Of a DNA stretch of 64,000 nucleotides, positions 1 to 8,882 are shown piece after piece. The position numbers and the translations under genes are program-made. The notes under the pieces are model-generated. The model was not told the origin of the DNA. It saw nothing but the letters and a program-made list of their open reading frames with translations, and did no database searches. Within the stretch, counting starts at the first letter, position 1; each line of letters starts with the position of its first letter. The stretch is taken from positions 9,092 to 73,091 of the forward strand of contig JAUSJT010000003.1 of NCBI GenBank assembly GCA_030647485.1, given 5' to 3'. Source of the stretch: a bacterium (GTDB lineage: Bacteria > Patescibacteriota > Minisyncoccia > Minisyncoccales > UBA10102).

Positions 1-953
1 CACAGGCGCAAGAGATAACTACGACAACCGTGGCATTGCCCGCAGAAGACATGAAGGGCAAAATCATAGGGAAAGAAGGAAGAAACATCAGGGCATTGGA
101 GCGTGCTACCGGAGTTGAGGTTATTGTGGACGAAACCCCTGAAGCCGTGGTTATCTCTGGGTTTGACCCATTGCGAAGGCACATTGCAAAGGTTGCCCTA
201 GAGCGCCTTATCAAAGACGGCAGGATTCATCCTGCCCGTGTGGAAGAAGAGGTGGCAAAGGTGCAAGCGGAGATTGAGCAGCAGATGAAAGAGGCAGGAG
301 AAACTGCGGTGTTTGACGCTGGCATAGTGGGGCTAGACCCCAAGCTCATTCAGATTTTGGGGCGCTTGAAGTTTAGAACTTCGTATGGCCAGAACGTGCT
401 TATGCATTCTATTGAGGTTGCGCATTTGGCTTCTGCATTAGCTTCAGAGATCGGGGCCAACGCTACAATAGCCAAGAAGGCAGGTTTGTTCCATGACATT
501 GGGAAAGCACTGGACTATCAAGTGGAAGGATCTCATGTGGATATTGGCGTGAGAATTCTAGAGAAGTTCGGAGTTGAGCAGGCAGTGATTATTGGCATGA
601 AGTCTCACCACGAACAGTATCCGTATGAGTCCATTGAAGCAATTCTCGTTCAGGCAGCAGACGCAATTTCAGCTTCCAGGCCAGGGGCAAGAAAGGATTC
701 CCTGGAGAATTATCTAAAGCGCATTGGAGAATTGGAAAACGTAGCCAATTCCTTTGAAGGCGTGGAAAAGACCTATGCCATTCAGGCAGGAAGAGAAATA
801 CGGGTGTTTGTGAAACCCGAGGTTATTTCAGACCTACAGGCGCAGACACTTGCTAAAGACATTGCAAACCGTATTGAAGAAGATCTGCGCTATCCTGGAG
901 AGATCAAGGTCACTCTTATCCGGGAGAATAGATTCGTAGAATTTGCACGCTAA
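1..953 (+). CDS. rny: Ribonuclease Y, C-terminal part (KH + HD domains); 5' end lies outside the window
   Basis: KH motif IGKEGRNIRALE and HD motif HSIEVAHLA...FHDIGK in the translation. The reading frame is already open at the window start. Confidence 0.85.
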   Translation, partial: QAQEITTTTVALPAEDMKGKIIGKEGRNIRALERATGVEVIVDETPEAVVISGFDPLRRHIAKVALERLIKDGRIHPARVEEEVAKVQAEIEQQMKEAGETAVFDAGIVGLDPKLIQILGRLKFRTSYGQNVLMHSIEVAHLASALASEIGANATIAKKAGLFHDIGKALDYQVEGSHVDIGVRILEKFGVEQAVIIGMKSHHEQYPYESIEAILVQAADAISASRPGARKDSLENYLKRIGELENVANSFEGVEKTYAIQAGREIRVFVKPEVISDLQAQTLAKDIANRIEEDLRYPGEIKVTLIRENRFVEFAR

Positions 954-960
954 AAGAAAG

Positions 961-996
961 CCGTCCTGAGTTTATCGAAGGACGGTTTTCTGTTTG
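961..996 (+). terminator. Rho-independent terminator after rny
   Basis: Hairpin ccgtcctgag...aggacgg followed by ttttctgttt. Confidence 0.7.
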
Positions 997-1067
997 AGCG
1001 GGTGAGGGGAATCGGACCCCTGGCTTTAGCTTGGAAAGCTAAGGTATTGCCATTATACGACACCCGC
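997..1067 (-). tRNA. tRNA-Gly(TCC)
   Basis: Manual cloverleaf: acceptor GCGGGTG/CACCCGC, anticodon loop TTTCCAA, T-loop GGTCCGATTCC, discriminator U. Confidence 0.85.
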
Positions 1068-1090
1068 ACTTCTGCCCTCTGGCCTCAGTG

Positions 1091-1161
1091 TCGGGGTACT
1101 CAGATTCGAACTGAGACTACATCCTCCCAAAGGATGCGTGCTGCCGTTGCACTATACCCCG
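1091..1161 (-). tRNA. tRNA-Pro(TGG)
   Basis: Manual cloverleaf: acceptor CGGGGTA/TACCCCG, D-arm GTGC-AACGGCA-GCAC, anticodon loop TTTGGGA, T-arm CTCAG-TTCGAAT-CTGAG. Confidence 0.85.
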
Positions 1162-1400
1162 AATTGTATGTTCGCCTTAGGCGAACCCCGGGGAGACCTT
1201 CGATATGCCGTCCTTCGGCAAGCTCAGGACATGGCATATTAAGGTAGGTCTCCCGCAAAGACTCAAGTAGTTGAGTCTTTGCCCCAAAGCACGTGTATCC
1301 CGATCCCGACTGCTGTCGCGGATCGTGGATCCTCGGTCACGATAGCAATCGGACCGGGACTGCCGGTATACGACACCCCGTTTTGCATCTTCTTGTGTAT
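1162..1400 (-). ncRNA. Structured ~240-nt region 5' of the tRNA-Pro/Gly pair. Candidate leader or unclassified ncRNA. It contains a duplicated tRNA-Gly 5' fragment.
   Basis: Several extended hairpins on the minus strand, including a perfect 12-bp one (GCAAAGACTCAA/TTGAGTCTTTGC) and a ~65-nt imperfect one (GGGAGACC...GGTCTCCC). The 12-mer GGGTGTCGTATA repeats the 5' end of tRNA-Gly. Confidence 0.3.
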
Positions 1401-1443
1401 CATTTTTGGTGACTCTGGTCAATGCGTATGATATAGTACATGA

Positions 1444-2436
1444 ATGGTGATTCGAGAGATTGTATCTGAGTTTAATATTATTGAACAAGCCAAGAAATAC
1501 GGCATTCCCTGGTGGCAGCATCCCCAGTTTCTGTTCTTGGTCTTAGGGTCTATCATCGCGTTTTCCAGCATCCTCTCGTATGTGTTAGGAAGGCGGTACA
1601 TTGAAGATCCCCAGGTAGTAGCTCTTCTCATCATTATCTTCACTGGGATTTCTCTTGTCGTGTCTTTTCTTATCACACGGAGCTTTGAACGGCTTGCCCA
1701 GGCAGCAAGAATCAAGTCAGAGTTCGTGAGTATTGTATCCCATCAGCTCCGTTCTCCCCTTTCAAACCTTGTGTGGGGGTTGGAGTTCTTAATGTCAGGC
1801 AGGGCAGGAGAGGTCAAAGAAGCCCAGCTAGAGTATTTCCAGATTTTGAAAGAAAACTCAAGTCGCATGCAAGAATTGGTGAACGACCTTCTTGTGGTGT
1901 CCCGCATTGACGAGGGAAGCCTACCCTGGGAGCAGCAAGAGTTTTCTTTTGAGGAATTGCTGAACACTGTTCTCGTAGAGTATGAGCCGTATATGAAGGC
2001 TTCCAATATTCAGTTCCAGGTGCAGGGGCAAAAGGATCTCCCGAGGGTTCTGGGAGATGCTTCCCAACTTCGCCATGTGATTTCCAATCTTTTGGAAAAC
2101 GCAGTACGATATTCCGGGAAAGAGCATGCGAGCGGGGTTCTGATACAAAAGAAAGAAAACAGGATTCAGATTCGCTATCAGAAAAAAGGGAAGAATCTAT
2201 TTTTTGAAATCACAGATAATGGAGTAGGAATCCCCAAGGAGGATCAGCGGTACATATTTCAGAAGTTCTTCCGTTCCTCCAATATCTTGAGGCACGAAAC
2301 CCAAGGGTCAGGCTTGGGCCTGTACATCGCCAAATCCATTATTGAACGGGGAAAGGGATCTATTGGGTTCCATTCCCAAGAACACGCAGGGTCGACATTT
2401 TGGTTTACTATGCCATGTAGAACACGTACGCAGTAA
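1444..2436 (+). CDS. Sensor histidine kinase (membrane; HisKA + HATPase_c)
   Basis: H-box SHQLRSPL, N-box NLLENAVRYS, G-boxes DNGVGI and GSGLGL, two N-terminal TM segments. Confidence 0.85.
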   Translation: MVIREIVSEFNIIEQAKKYGIPWWQHPQFLFLVLGSIIAFSSILSYVLGRRYIEDPQVVALLIIIFTGISLVVSFLITRSFERLAQAARIKSEFVSIVSHQLRSPLSNLVWGLEFLMSGRAGEVKEAQLEYFQILKENSSRMQELVNDLLVVSRIDEGSLPWEQQEFSFEELLNTVLVEYEPYMKASNIQFQVQGQKDLPRVLGDASQLRHVISNLLENAVRYSGKEHASGVLIQKKENRIQIRYQKKGKNLFFEITDNGVGIPKEDQRYIFQKFFRSSNILRHETQGSGLGLYIAKSIIERGKGSIGFHSQEHAGSTFWFTMPCRTRTQ

Positions 2437-2445
2437 CGCATTATT

Positions 2446-2808
2446 ATGAAAACTATTTTACTCATTGAAGACGAGTCTGCTCTCCAAAAAACCATTGGAG
2501 ACGCGTTGAGCCAGGAGGGATTCTCTATTGCTTCAGCGCTTGACGGAGAAACAGGATTACGACTTGCGAAAGAAAAGCGCCCAGACGTCATTCTTTTAGA
2601 CCTCATATTGCCCAAGGCAAACGGGTTTGATGTGTTAAAATCCCTCAAAGAGCAGGAAGAAACAAAGGACATTCCAGTTGTGGTGCTCACAAATCTAGAG
2701 AGCATGGAAGACATTCAAAAAGCCCTGGATCTGGGAGCCATGACCTATCTTGTGAAGTCAAACTACACGCTTGAAGAAGTCGTGGAAAAAGTGAAACAAG
2801 CATTATGA
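2446..2808 (+). CDS. Stand-alone response regulator receiver domain (CheY-like)
   Basis: Receiver signature LLIEDE...DVILLDLILP...VVLT...K in a 120-aa protein. Confidence 0.85.
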   Translation: MKTILLIEDESALQKTIGDALSQEGFSIASALDGETGLRLAKEKRPDVILLDLILPKANGFDVLKSLKEQEETKDIPVVVLTNLESMEDIQKALDLGAMTYLVKSNYTLEEVVEKVKQAL

Positions 2809-4559
2809 GGGTTGAAGACCAACAATTAATGGCGTTTCTGCTGGATGCGGGGCTCGTGGGCATGCAGGAATTGCGGGACGCAGAGAAAAAATCCAAGAAG
2901 CTGCAAAAGCGCTTGGCAGATGTGCTGGTTGCAGATAATCTCTTATCCCAAGAAGAGCTTATTAAAATGGAGGCGTACATTCTGGGCATTCCGTTTGTCA
3001 ATCTGGAAAAAGAGACCCTAGATCCCGAAGTGTTAAAAATAGTCCCAGAGCCGATTGCCAGGTCTCACAATATTGTGGCATTCCGGAAAAAGGGCCAGGA
3101 TTTGGAAGTTGCCATGCTGGATCCAGAAGACCTTGCCACCATCGATTTTATAAAAAAGAAGTCAGATTTAAAAATTCTCCCCCGGCTTACTACTCCTGCA
3201 AGTATGACTCAGGTGCTGCGTCAGTACTCCAAGACCCTGGAGGCAGAATTCGGAGACATTATCCAACAAGAGGTGGGAGGAATAAAGACTCGAAAGGAAA
3301 GCGACGGAACAGAAAAGAATGCGAAAGAAGAGCTTGAAAAGGCCGCAGAAGAGCTTCCTATCATACGAATAGTAGATACCCTGCTCAAGCACGCAATTCT
3401 GCAGCGTTCGTCCGATATTCACATTGAGCCCACGGAAAAAGAAGTGATTGTGCGCTATCGTATTGACGGAGTGCTCCGTGACGCTATGGTTCTTCCCAGG
3501 GCCGCTACCTCTGGTATTGTTGCAAGGATTAAGGTACTTTCAAATTTACAGCTTGATGAGCACCGCCTGCCTCAAGATGGGCGCTTTAAGGTAGAAACAG
3601 ATGAGTATAAATATTCTATCAGGGTTTCTATACTCCCCGTGTTTGACGGAGAAAAGATCGTTATGCGCTTGCTGGCTGAAACCGCAAAGGCGTTTACCCT
3701 AGAACAGATAGGGTTGCGGGGAGAGGCGCTAGAAGACGTGCAACGAGCATTGAAAAAACCAGTTGGCATGCTCTTGGTCACGGGTCCTACGGGGTCTGGG
3801 AAAACCACAACCTTGTATGCCATGATGGAGATACTTTCCACTCCCCAGGTGAATATCTCTACCGTAGAAGATCCCATAGAGTACCGCATGCCCAGGGTGA
3901 ACCAGACTCAGGTGAATCCTAAAATAGGGTTTACCTTTGCAACGGGATTGCGCTCTTTGGTGAGGCAGGACCCAGACATCCTTATGGTAGGAGAGATTCG
4001 AGACGAGGAAACCGCTTCCCTGGCTATAAACGCTGCTTTGACGGGACATCTTGTGCTTTCCACTTTGCATACCAATAGCGCGGCTGGCGCCATACCCCGC
4101 TTGATTGATATGGGAGCCGAACCGTTTCTCATTTCCTCAACGTTGAATGTCATAGTTGCCCAGCGTCTGATACGCCGTCTCTCTGAAGAAAAAGGTGCGT
4201 ATAATCTTTCTGACAAAGAAATCGCAGACCTCTCTTCATACTGCAACGTAGAGAAGGTCACAAGCATTCTGAAAGATGAGAAGCTCTTAAAGCCAAAACA
4301 AAACCTTGGAGATATTTCTTTCTGGCGGCCGAAAGCCACCAAGGAAAATCCTGACGGGTATAAGGGAAGGATGGGAATTTACGAAGTGCTGCCCGTGACA
4401 GAAACGATCAAGAACCTCATCATCCAGCGCACGGACGCAGACGCAATCGGAGAGCAAGCGCAGAAAGAAGGCATGAGAACCATGGTGGAAGACGGATTTA
4501 TAAAAGCTGCCCAAGGCATTACTTCCATTGAAGAGGTGCTCCGCGTCATCACTGAATGA
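2805..4559 (+). CDS. pilB: Type IV pilus assembly ATPase PilB/GspE (locus 1)
   Basis: Walker A GPTGSGKTTT, Asp box, His box, N-terminal GspII domain. Confidence 0.9.
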   Translation: MRVEDQQLMAFLLDAGLVGMQELRDAEKKSKKLQKRLADVLVADNLLSQEELIKMEAYILGIPFVNLEKETLDPEVLKIVPEPIARSHNIVAFRKKGQDLEVAMLDPEDLATIDFIKKKSDLKILPRLTTPASMTQVLRQYSKTLEAEFGDIIQQEVGGIKTRKESDGTEKNAKEELEKAAEELPIIRIVDTLLKHAILQRSSDIHIEPTEKEVIVRYRIDGVLRDAMVLPRAATSGIVARIKVLSNLQLDEHRLPQDGRFKVETDEYKYSIRVSILPVFDGEKIVMRLLAETAKAFTLEQIGLRGEALEDVQRALKKPVGMLLVTGPTGSGKTTTLYAMMEILSTPQVNISTVEDPIEYRMPRVNQTQVNPKIGFTFATGLRSLVRQDPDILMVGEIRDEETASLAINAALTGHLVLSTLHTNSAAGAIPRLIDMGAEPFLISSTLNVIVAQRLIRRLSEEKGAYNLSDKEIADLSSYCNVEKVTSILKDEKLLKPKQNLGDISFWRPKATKENPDGYKGRMGIYEVLPVTETIKNLIIQRTDADAIGEQAQKEGMRTMVEDGFIKAAQGITSIEEVLRVITE

Positions 4560-4603
4560 CGCGAAATCCGAAGCACGAAGCACGAAATCCGAAACAAATT
4601 CAA

Positions 4604-5935
4604 ATGGCTGAAATTCAAATCTCTCAAATAAATACGAGAATCAATCAGTCAAGAGTTCTTTATTTTGAGAGTAATATTATTGCATTGTTTAATGGTATTA
4701 AGGTTGATCCCTCATGGTCTTTTTCTGATAAAACAAGAAAAGACACGGCGTACATTACTCATGGTTATCATCGATACCCTGCAAAGTTTATTCCTCAAAT
4801 CGTTTCCCGCTTAGCTGATAAATATACAAGCGAGGGCGATTTAATTGTTGATCCATTCGGTGGGTGCGGGACAACACTTGTTGAATCAAAAGTAATGGGG
4901 CGGTTATCAGTGGGCGTTGATATAAACCCCGTTGCTGTGCTTATCACAAAAGCTAAAATTACGCCGCTTGACCCAGCAAAAATTGAAGAAGTATTTACAG
5001 CACTGGAAGAGAAATTAGGCAGTTATAGTAAGAATACAAAAGTGAAAGCTCCAGAACACGAACGGATTGATTATTGGTTTAAGCAGGAAGAAAAGAGGAA
5101 ACTTGCTTTCATCTTTGCCGAGATTTCAAAAATAAAAGATCGGGATGTGAAAGATTTCCTTTATTGCGGGTTTTCAAACATTCTAAAAAATTGCTCTATT
5201 TGGCTGCAGAAAAGCAACAAACCAACAAGGGATTTTGCGAAAAAGCCGTCTGACCCGATACCAACATTTTTCAGACAAGTAAAAATGATGATGAGGGGCA
5301 ACGCAAGATTTTATGAGTTGTTAAAGCAGAAAAATCACCTTGAAGTGCCAAGCCAAGTTTACTGTACCGACGCAAGGACGATTCCTGTCAAAAATAATTC
5401 TGTTAGCTTAATTGTTACTTCGCCGCCATATGTTACTTCCTACGAATACGCCGATTTGCACCAGCTCACCGCTCTGTGGTTAGAATACACAAAAGATTTA
5501 AGTGATTTTCGCAAGCGTTTTATTGGTACTTCTTATCACAACAAAAAAGATTTGACTCTCAATAGCACACTCGCAGAAAATATCAGAAAATACTTGCTAG
5601 AAAAGGACAAGAAAACCGCCGAGGAGGTTTCTACATATTTTAGCGAGATGAACCAAGTATTTATTGAAATGAAAAGAATGCTAAAAAAAGGTGGTAAAAC
5701 TTGTATTGTTATCGGTAATACGAGCCTGAAAGGCGTTGAGATACTCAATGCGGAAGTTTTTGCTGAACAATTGCAAAACTTGGGGTTAAAGATCGCCGAT
5801 ATTGTTAAAAGAGAAATACCATCAAAAAATTTACCGTCTGTTAGAGATGAAAAAACTGGCAAGTTTGCAAGTATAACCGACAAAAACAGAGTTTCTGCTT
5901 ATCCGACAGAATATATTTTAGTAATGGAAAAATAA
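4604..5935 (+). CDS. DNA methyltransferase (N6-adenine or N4-cytosine, alpha-like motif order). The ORF could start at 4556.
   Basis: Motif I DPFGGCGTT and motif IV TSPPY. The 4556-4603 extension is coded by the flanking repeat and looks non-native. Confidence 0.8.
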   Translation: MAEIQISQINTRINQSRVLYFESNIIALFNGIKVDPSWSFSDKTRKDTAYITHGYHRYPAKFIPQIVSRLADKYTSEGDLIVDPFGGCGTTLVESKVMGRLSVGVDINPVAVLITKAKITPLDPAKIEEVFTALEEKLGSYSKNTKVKAPEHERIDYWFKQEEKRKLAFIFAEISKIKDRDVKDFLYCGFSNILKNCSIWLQKSNKPTRDFAKKPSDPIPTFFRQVKMMMRGNARFYELLKQKNHLEVPSQVYCTDARTIPVKNNSVSLIVTSPPYVTSYEYADLHQLTALWLEYTKDLSDFRKRFIGTSYHNKKDLTLNSTLAENIRKYLLEKDKKTAEEVSTYFSEMNQVFIEMKRMLKKGGKTCIVIGNTSLKGVEILNAEVFAEQLQNLGLKIADIVKREIPSKNLPSVRDEKTGKFASITDKNRVSAYPTEYILVMEK

Positions 5936-5939
5936 AACT

Positions 5940-6608
5940 ATGACAATTAAAGATCTTATTAAAATTTACGAGACGAAAAAGAAAAAACACGGTGTACAAG
6001 CATACCGACATATTTCAAATGTTCTAAAAGAAGCAAAGGAACAACACGAAAAAGATTTTAAGGGAGATGACCACGAGCAATCTTGGCGAGCGTTCAAAGG
6101 TAAAAACCTGGAGAAGTTGATTGAATATATTATCACGGATGAAGTTAATGCTTTAGGCTTGCAAGTGGTAAATGGGAATATTCTTGAAAGAACAAATGGA
6201 TCAAATCTTTCAAAGGAGTTGAGTTTGGTAAAAAGAAATTTGATTATTGATTATGGCGAATTTGGTTCACATTTGCCAGATGTTGACTTGATTATTTATG
6301 ATCCCAAAACCAGCAAGGTTGTCGCTGTATTGTCTAGTAAAGTCACCCTGCGGGAAAGAATCGCCCAAACTGGTTATTGGAAAATCAAACTTGCTTCTGA
6401 TGAGGCGACAAAACACATTAAAGTTTATTTTGTAACCCCGGACGAGGATGGAACACTTACAATCAAAACCCCAACGAAGAAAGGACGTGCAATTGTAGAG
6501 GTGGATACGGATGGTAGTTATGTTCTAAGTGAGACGGACATTGAAGAAAGCGACAAGGTAAAAATGTTTGATAAGTTTATTGATGATCTGAAAAAACTTT
6601 TAAAGTAA
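5940..6608 (+). CDS. Putative type II restriction endonuclease (PD-(D/E)xK-like)
   Basis: Sits between two methyltransferases with short gaps. DVDLIIYD...VLSSKVTLRER resembles a PD-(D/E)xK core. Assigned from context. Confidence 0.4.
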   Translation: MTIKDLIKIYETKKKKHGVQAYRHISNVLKEAKEQHEKDFKGDDHEQSWRAFKGKNLEKLIEYIITDEVNALGLQVVNGNILERTNGSNLSKELSLVKRNLIIDYGEFGSHLPDVDLIIYDPKTSKVVAVLSSKVTLRERIAQTGYWKIKLASDEATKHIKVYFVTPDEDGTLTIKTPTKKGRAIVEVDTDGSYVLSETDIEESDKVKMFDKFIDDLKKLLK

Positions 6609-6620
6609 TTTTAAAAACAT

Positions 6621-8132
6621 ATGAAAAAACAAGATATGCAAAAATACGCAAAAGCATTAAAAAGAGGTCATTTAGCAAGCCTTTCAGTTGATGATATTGT
6701 TGAACTCATAAAAAGAGCGGATGGGAAATGTTATTTGTGTGAGGAAAAAATAGACCTTGACAATATCGGGAAGATTGATGGTGACAAGAAAAATTCAAAC
6801 GGTCCTCTTAGTGTTGAAAACTTATATCTGACACATAAAAAGTGTAATATTCAAAAAAGCAACGAACCCGTTTCGATAGTTAAAGCTAAATTAGCTTTCT
6901 CTAGGTTTTACGAAAAGAAAGATTCTGTTTCATTTAATGACTTTTTAGATGAGTATGTTCCGAATAATAGAAAAACCGTAAGATTTAAAATCACCAACGA
7001 TATCGCATATTTAAAGTTTGGAGAAGACGAAAAAAATACACCTATATTTACTGACCCTGCTACTAAAATACAGTATTTCTTTTATGAATTACCGATGGAT
7101 TACATATATAATGATGATGAGGTGCAACCAAGACCAATCGATAAATCTCACCTGTTTAAAATGATGGCCGATTTTCAAATCCATCCCGTACATGAGCCAT
7201 CAGATTGTCGTATTGTTGATAATAGTAGAATAGATGGTAATTATAAAGAAGCTAAGTTACTACAGTTTGATGGTCAACATAAAAGTGCTGCTCAGATATT
7301 AATAGGTCGGACGAAGTTACAATTTAAAATCTACATTGCACCATCTATAAAATTGATAAGAGAATTGGTTATTATCATTCAGAATGAAATTAAGAAAAAA
7401 GCTGTTTTGGAATCAATTGTGATAAAACGCATGAGCGCATCTTATATGGACAGATGGAATGAGTATATTGAATCGCCAGGAGAACATTCAGAGGCAGGCC
7501 TAATTGAATCTTTACCTAATCAAGAGAAAAAACTAGCTAAAAAAGAGCTAATGAATGCAGTTTATAGTAATATAATAGACAATAAAGAATTAGAGTTAAA
7601 GGAATTTGTTACCACGGGGCAAACTAGAAGTGAAAAAAATAGACCCATTTCTATTAATTTACTAAAGCAAATAATAAATAATTTTGTTTATAGTAAACCT
7701 AACGATGTTCCTGTTGGGGAAAAAGACTCAAGAGAAATTGAAGCAGAAAACACCACTAAGTTTTTAAACATTATCTCAGAGGCAATTTTTGGGGAACTTA
7801 CCCCAATCCAAAGGAATCGCCAAGATTTACCAGAAAAGATATTGAGGATTTGGAAATCTGGTTCTGTAAAATTTTGGGCAAATATATTAAAGAACCTAAT
7901 CAGTCACAGGTTGAATATTATTGCTGAAGATGACAAAGAAAGAATTTTTCAGCGTAAATTGACTGCAAATGATTGGGACGGAATCGGGAAAACCGTAAAT
8001 AGACTTTTTTCTCATTCGGTTTGGGGTAAAATTGATCAAAATTTAGACAAAATACTAAATTCAAACGATCTTAAGGCTGCAACAAGAGAGTTGGCTAAAA
8101 AAGGATTGGACACCGATTTCTTGATTAAATAA
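6621..8132 (+). CDS. 503-aa protein with N-terminal degenerate HNH-like motif; putative nuclease or specificity component of the R-M island
   Basis: CYLCEEK...IDGDKKNSNG...NLYLTHKKCNIQK matches the HNH CxxC...DH...N...CN pattern, but the catalytic His is replaced (DGD). Tightly packed in the operon. Confidence 0.4.
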   Translation: MKKQDMQKYAKALKRGHLASLSVDDIVELIKRADGKCYLCEEKIDLDNIGKIDGDKKNSNGPLSVENLYLTHKKCNIQKSNEPVSIVKAKLAFSRFYEKKDSVSFNDFLDEYVPNNRKTVRFKITNDIAYLKFGEDEKNTPIFTDPATKIQYFFYELPMDYIYNDDEVQPRPIDKSHLFKMMADFQIHPVHEPSDCRIVDNSRIDGNYKEAKLLQFDGQHKSAAQILIGRTKLQFKIYIAPSIKLIRELVIIIQNEIKKKAVLESIVIKRMSASYMDRWNEYIESPGEHSEAGLIESLPNQEKKLAKKELMNAVYSNIIDNKELELKEFVTTGQTRSEKNRPISINLLKQIINNFVYSKPNDVPVGEKDSREIEAENTTKFLNIISEAIFGELTPIQRNRQDLPEKILRIWKSGSVKFWANILKNLISHRLNIIAEDDKERIFQRKLTANDWDGIGKTVNRLFSHSVWGKIDQNLDKILNSNDLKAATRELAKKGLDTDFLIK

Positions 8133-8801
8133 ATGCAGATTGAATCAACAACGCTTTGGGATTTTCCGAGGCAGAATTATGGAGACAAGCCACACGGAGA
8201 TAATAAATATAGCGGCGTTACGCCGGCTTTTGTTATTTGGAATTTACTCCAACGATATACAAAAGAAGGCGATTTGGTAGTTGACCCAATGTGCGGGAGT
8301 GGAACTACTATTGATGTAGCAAACGAACTGAACCGAAAAGTGATTGGCTATGACTTAAACATTGTTCGCCCCGATGTAATCAAGAATGACTCTCGGAAGA
8401 TCCCGCTTCAAGACAATAGCATTGATTTCGTCTTTATTGATTCCCCTTATTCAGACAACATCAAGTATTCTGATGACGAAAAGTGTATTGGAAAAATATC
8501 TTGTGAGAAAACAGAGTTTTACGATGAATTAGAAAAAGTCGCCTCTGAAATCGCTCGGATTTTGAAACCTGAAAAAGCGATGGGTTGGGTTATTGCCGAT
8601 CAATGGATCAAAAGGAAATTCACTCCCGTTGCATTTTTGCTTTGGCAGAGATTAGAAAAGTATTTTAAGCCGATTGATATTGTGTGTCTTAGTCGACACA
8701 ACCAGACATCGAACACGCAAATTTGGCATAATAGAGCAAGACAGTTTAATTTTTATTTGAGAGGTTTCAAATATTTGTTTATTATGAGAAAATCAACGTA
8801 G
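8133..8801 (+). CDS. Small DNA methyltransferase (N4/N6 family)
   Basis: Motif I DPMCGSGTT and motif IV FIDSPY. Confidence 0.8.
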   Translation: MQIESTTLWDFPRQNYGDKPHGDNKYSGVTPAFVIWNLLQRYTKEGDLVVDPMCGSGTTIDVANELNRKVIGYDLNIVRPDVIKNDSRKIPLQDNSIDFVFIDSPYSDNIKYSDDEKCIGKISCEKTEFYDELEKVASEIARILKPEKAMGWVIADQWIKRKFTPVAFLLWQRLEKYFKPIDIVCLSRHNQTSNTQIWHNRARQFNFYLRGFKYLFIMRKST

Positions 8802-8882
8802 AATCCGATTTAAGTAATTTTTGAATTTGGATATTAAATATTGTTTCGAATTTCGATATTCGAATTTCGGATTTAAATACTG
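8801..8882. repeat. AT-rich repeat block at the right edge of the R-M island (gaatttcg/ttcggattt units), inverted relative to cgaaatccgaa repeats at 4562-4596
   Basis: Read directly: gaatttcgatattcgaatttcggattt here versus cgaaatccgaagcacgaagcacgaaatccgaaac at the left edge. Confidence 0.5.

Noticed and set aside
1162-1400. tmRNA or small SRP RNA hypothesis for the structured region upstream of tRNA-Pro
   Set aside because: The tRNA-like 5' end is only a 12-nt copy of tRNA-Gly, and the 3' tRNA-like part resolves into a complete tRNA-Pro. No tag-peptide reading frame ending in a hydrophobic ...AA-stop was found, and no GGAA-tetraloop SRP domain IV could be aligned convincingly. It is kept only as an unclassified structured RNA.
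1002-1715. ORFs 1002-1247 (+), 1177-1521 (-) and 1419-1715 (-) from the six-frame track
   Set aside because: They overlap two tRNA genes and the structured RNA, and they have odd Arg/Ser/Cys-rich composition. Treated as non-coding.
4556-4603. N-terminal extension MTRNPKHEARNPKQIQ of the first methyltransferase
   Set aside because: It is encoded by the cgaaatccgaagcacgaag... boundary repeat and overlaps the pilB stop. The likely start is MAEIQ at 4604.
8801-8882. Possible CRISPR array (short direct repeats gaatttcg)
   Set aside because: The units are 8-13 nt with no regular ~30-nt spacers. No CRISPR array was recognised anywhere in the window.
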